Source: Pseudomonadales bacterium (lineage in GTDB: Bacteria; Pseudomonadota; Gammaproteobacteria; Pseudomonadales; JBFGWM01). Taken from it: a DNA stretch of 64,000 nucleotides. The notes beneath the pieces are model-generated. The model was not told where the DNA came from, ran no database searches, and saw only the letters and a list, made by a program, of their open reading frames with translations. Each line of letters opens with the position of its first letter. Within the stretch, counting starts at the first letter, position 1. Where the stretch lies: positions 2,792-66,791 of the forward strand of contig JBFKKR010000001.1 in the NCBI GenBank assembly GCA_041682035.1, given 5' to 3'. The translations under genes and the position numbers were made by a program. This document shows positions 63,424 to 64,000 of this stretch, one piece after another.

Positions 63424-64000
63424 TCAACGACCGCCCGGCGTCCAGGTCAGTTTCAGGCTGGCCGCACGCTGGATCTCGGTCTGCTGGAAGCGGATGAAGC
63501 TCTGTACGGGGGCCTCCACGGTCTCGTTGTCGAGGAGGTGCGAAAGGCCCAGAGAAAGCTCCAGCTCGGGGTTGATATGCCAGCCGAAGCGCAGGTCCAG
63601 CTCCACGTAGGAGGGGATATTGGCCGACGTACGCGCATCGACATAGCGCACGGTGCCGTCCAGTTCGAAGCCCTCCGGCAGGTTCATGTAGGAGCGGATG
63701 TTGGCGTGGTTGCGGCTGAGGGAACTATCCGCGTACTTCGGCTGTATGTGCGCCCACCAGGCCTGCACCTGCCACCAGTCCCGGGGCTGCCAGTCCAGCA
63801 CCAGCTCGCCACCCCAGTGGTTCTCGCCACGCCGGTTGAAATTCTGGGCCGGGAAATAGGCGAACGGGGCGGTGAATGCCGGGAACTGCGGCGTCGGGGA
63901 TACGACCACGCCGAGTTCGTCGGCAAGACGTTTGTCGAACAGGACGATGTCCCAGGAAAGATTCTCCCGCAACCGGAAACGATGGCCGAGATCGAGCGAG
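63424..64000 (-). CDS. TonB-dependent receptor, C-terminal barrel portion (N-terminus beyond the right edge)
   Basis: The open frame runs to the window edge. GGELVLDWQPRDWWQVQAWWAHIQ...VRYVD...YVELDLRFGWHINPELELSLGLSHLLDNE is the typical TBDR terminal-strand pattern. Confidence 0.72.
   Translation of the reverse strand, partial: SLDLGHRFRLRENLSWDIVLFDKRLADELGVVVSPTPQFPAFTAPFAYFPAQNFNRRGENHWGGELVLDWQPRDWWQVQAWWAHIQPKYADSSLSRNHANIRSYMNLPEGFELDGTVRYVDARTSANIPSYVELDLRFGWHINPELELSLGLSHLLDNETVEAPVQSFIRFQQTEIQRAASLKLTWTPGGR

Overview
GC-rich proteobacterial chromosomal segment, tightly packed with about 58 protein genes. I saw no rRNA, tRNA, CRISPR array, transposase, integrase or phage genes. The gene content suggests a facultative chemolithoautotroph, possibly an Ectothiorhodospiraceae-like gammaproteobacterium; this is inference only. 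Left part: a red-type (form IC) RuBisCO operon, cbbL-cbbS-cbbX-fbp-prk, flanked by REP/REPIN hairpin repeats. It is followed by a ComB-like phosphatase, NAD-malic enzyme and a 1337-aa PilZ-DUF1631-GGDEF-EAL protein. Middle: serC-serA, then a tightly coupled block of a Met/Gln-rich periplasmic protein, DUF808, MoxR, DUF58 and a transglutaminase. After these come a secreted hypothetical protein, DUF3754, a PHP hydrolase, rhlE and an Fe-ADH. Next is a minus-strand run containing a LapG/BTLCP-like protein whose nucleophile Cys is replaced by Ser, a citrate synthase with a Lys/Ala/Pro-rich N-terminal tail, a class III cyclase and a tandem di-PilZ protein. Beyond that lie FapA, NhaP, and an eight-gene minus-strand array of hydrolase, CoA and thioesterase genes. 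Right part: an MltD-like transglycosylase, NnrU, a desT/desCB-like desaturase locus, another PilZ paralogue, a BVMO, an orphan encapsulated-ferritin-like gene, a SixA-Nudix fusion plus a second Nudix, and an amidase. The window ends with a partial TonB-dependent receptor, a Slam/DUF560-like barrel and a small secreted acidic protein. One real 739-codon ORF at the left edge (2..2218, minus) is missing from the supplied ORF track. Many of the long listed ORFs are antisense artefacts of the high GC content. The best candidates for something undescribed are three. First, the receptor/Slam-like/non-lipoprotein cargo trio. Second, a long-spacer PilZ subfamily present in four domain copies around c-di-GMP and cNMP genes, including the PilZ-DUF1631-GGDEF-EAL fusion. 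Third, the orphan EncFtn. All family assignments come from motif recognition by eye, not from searches.
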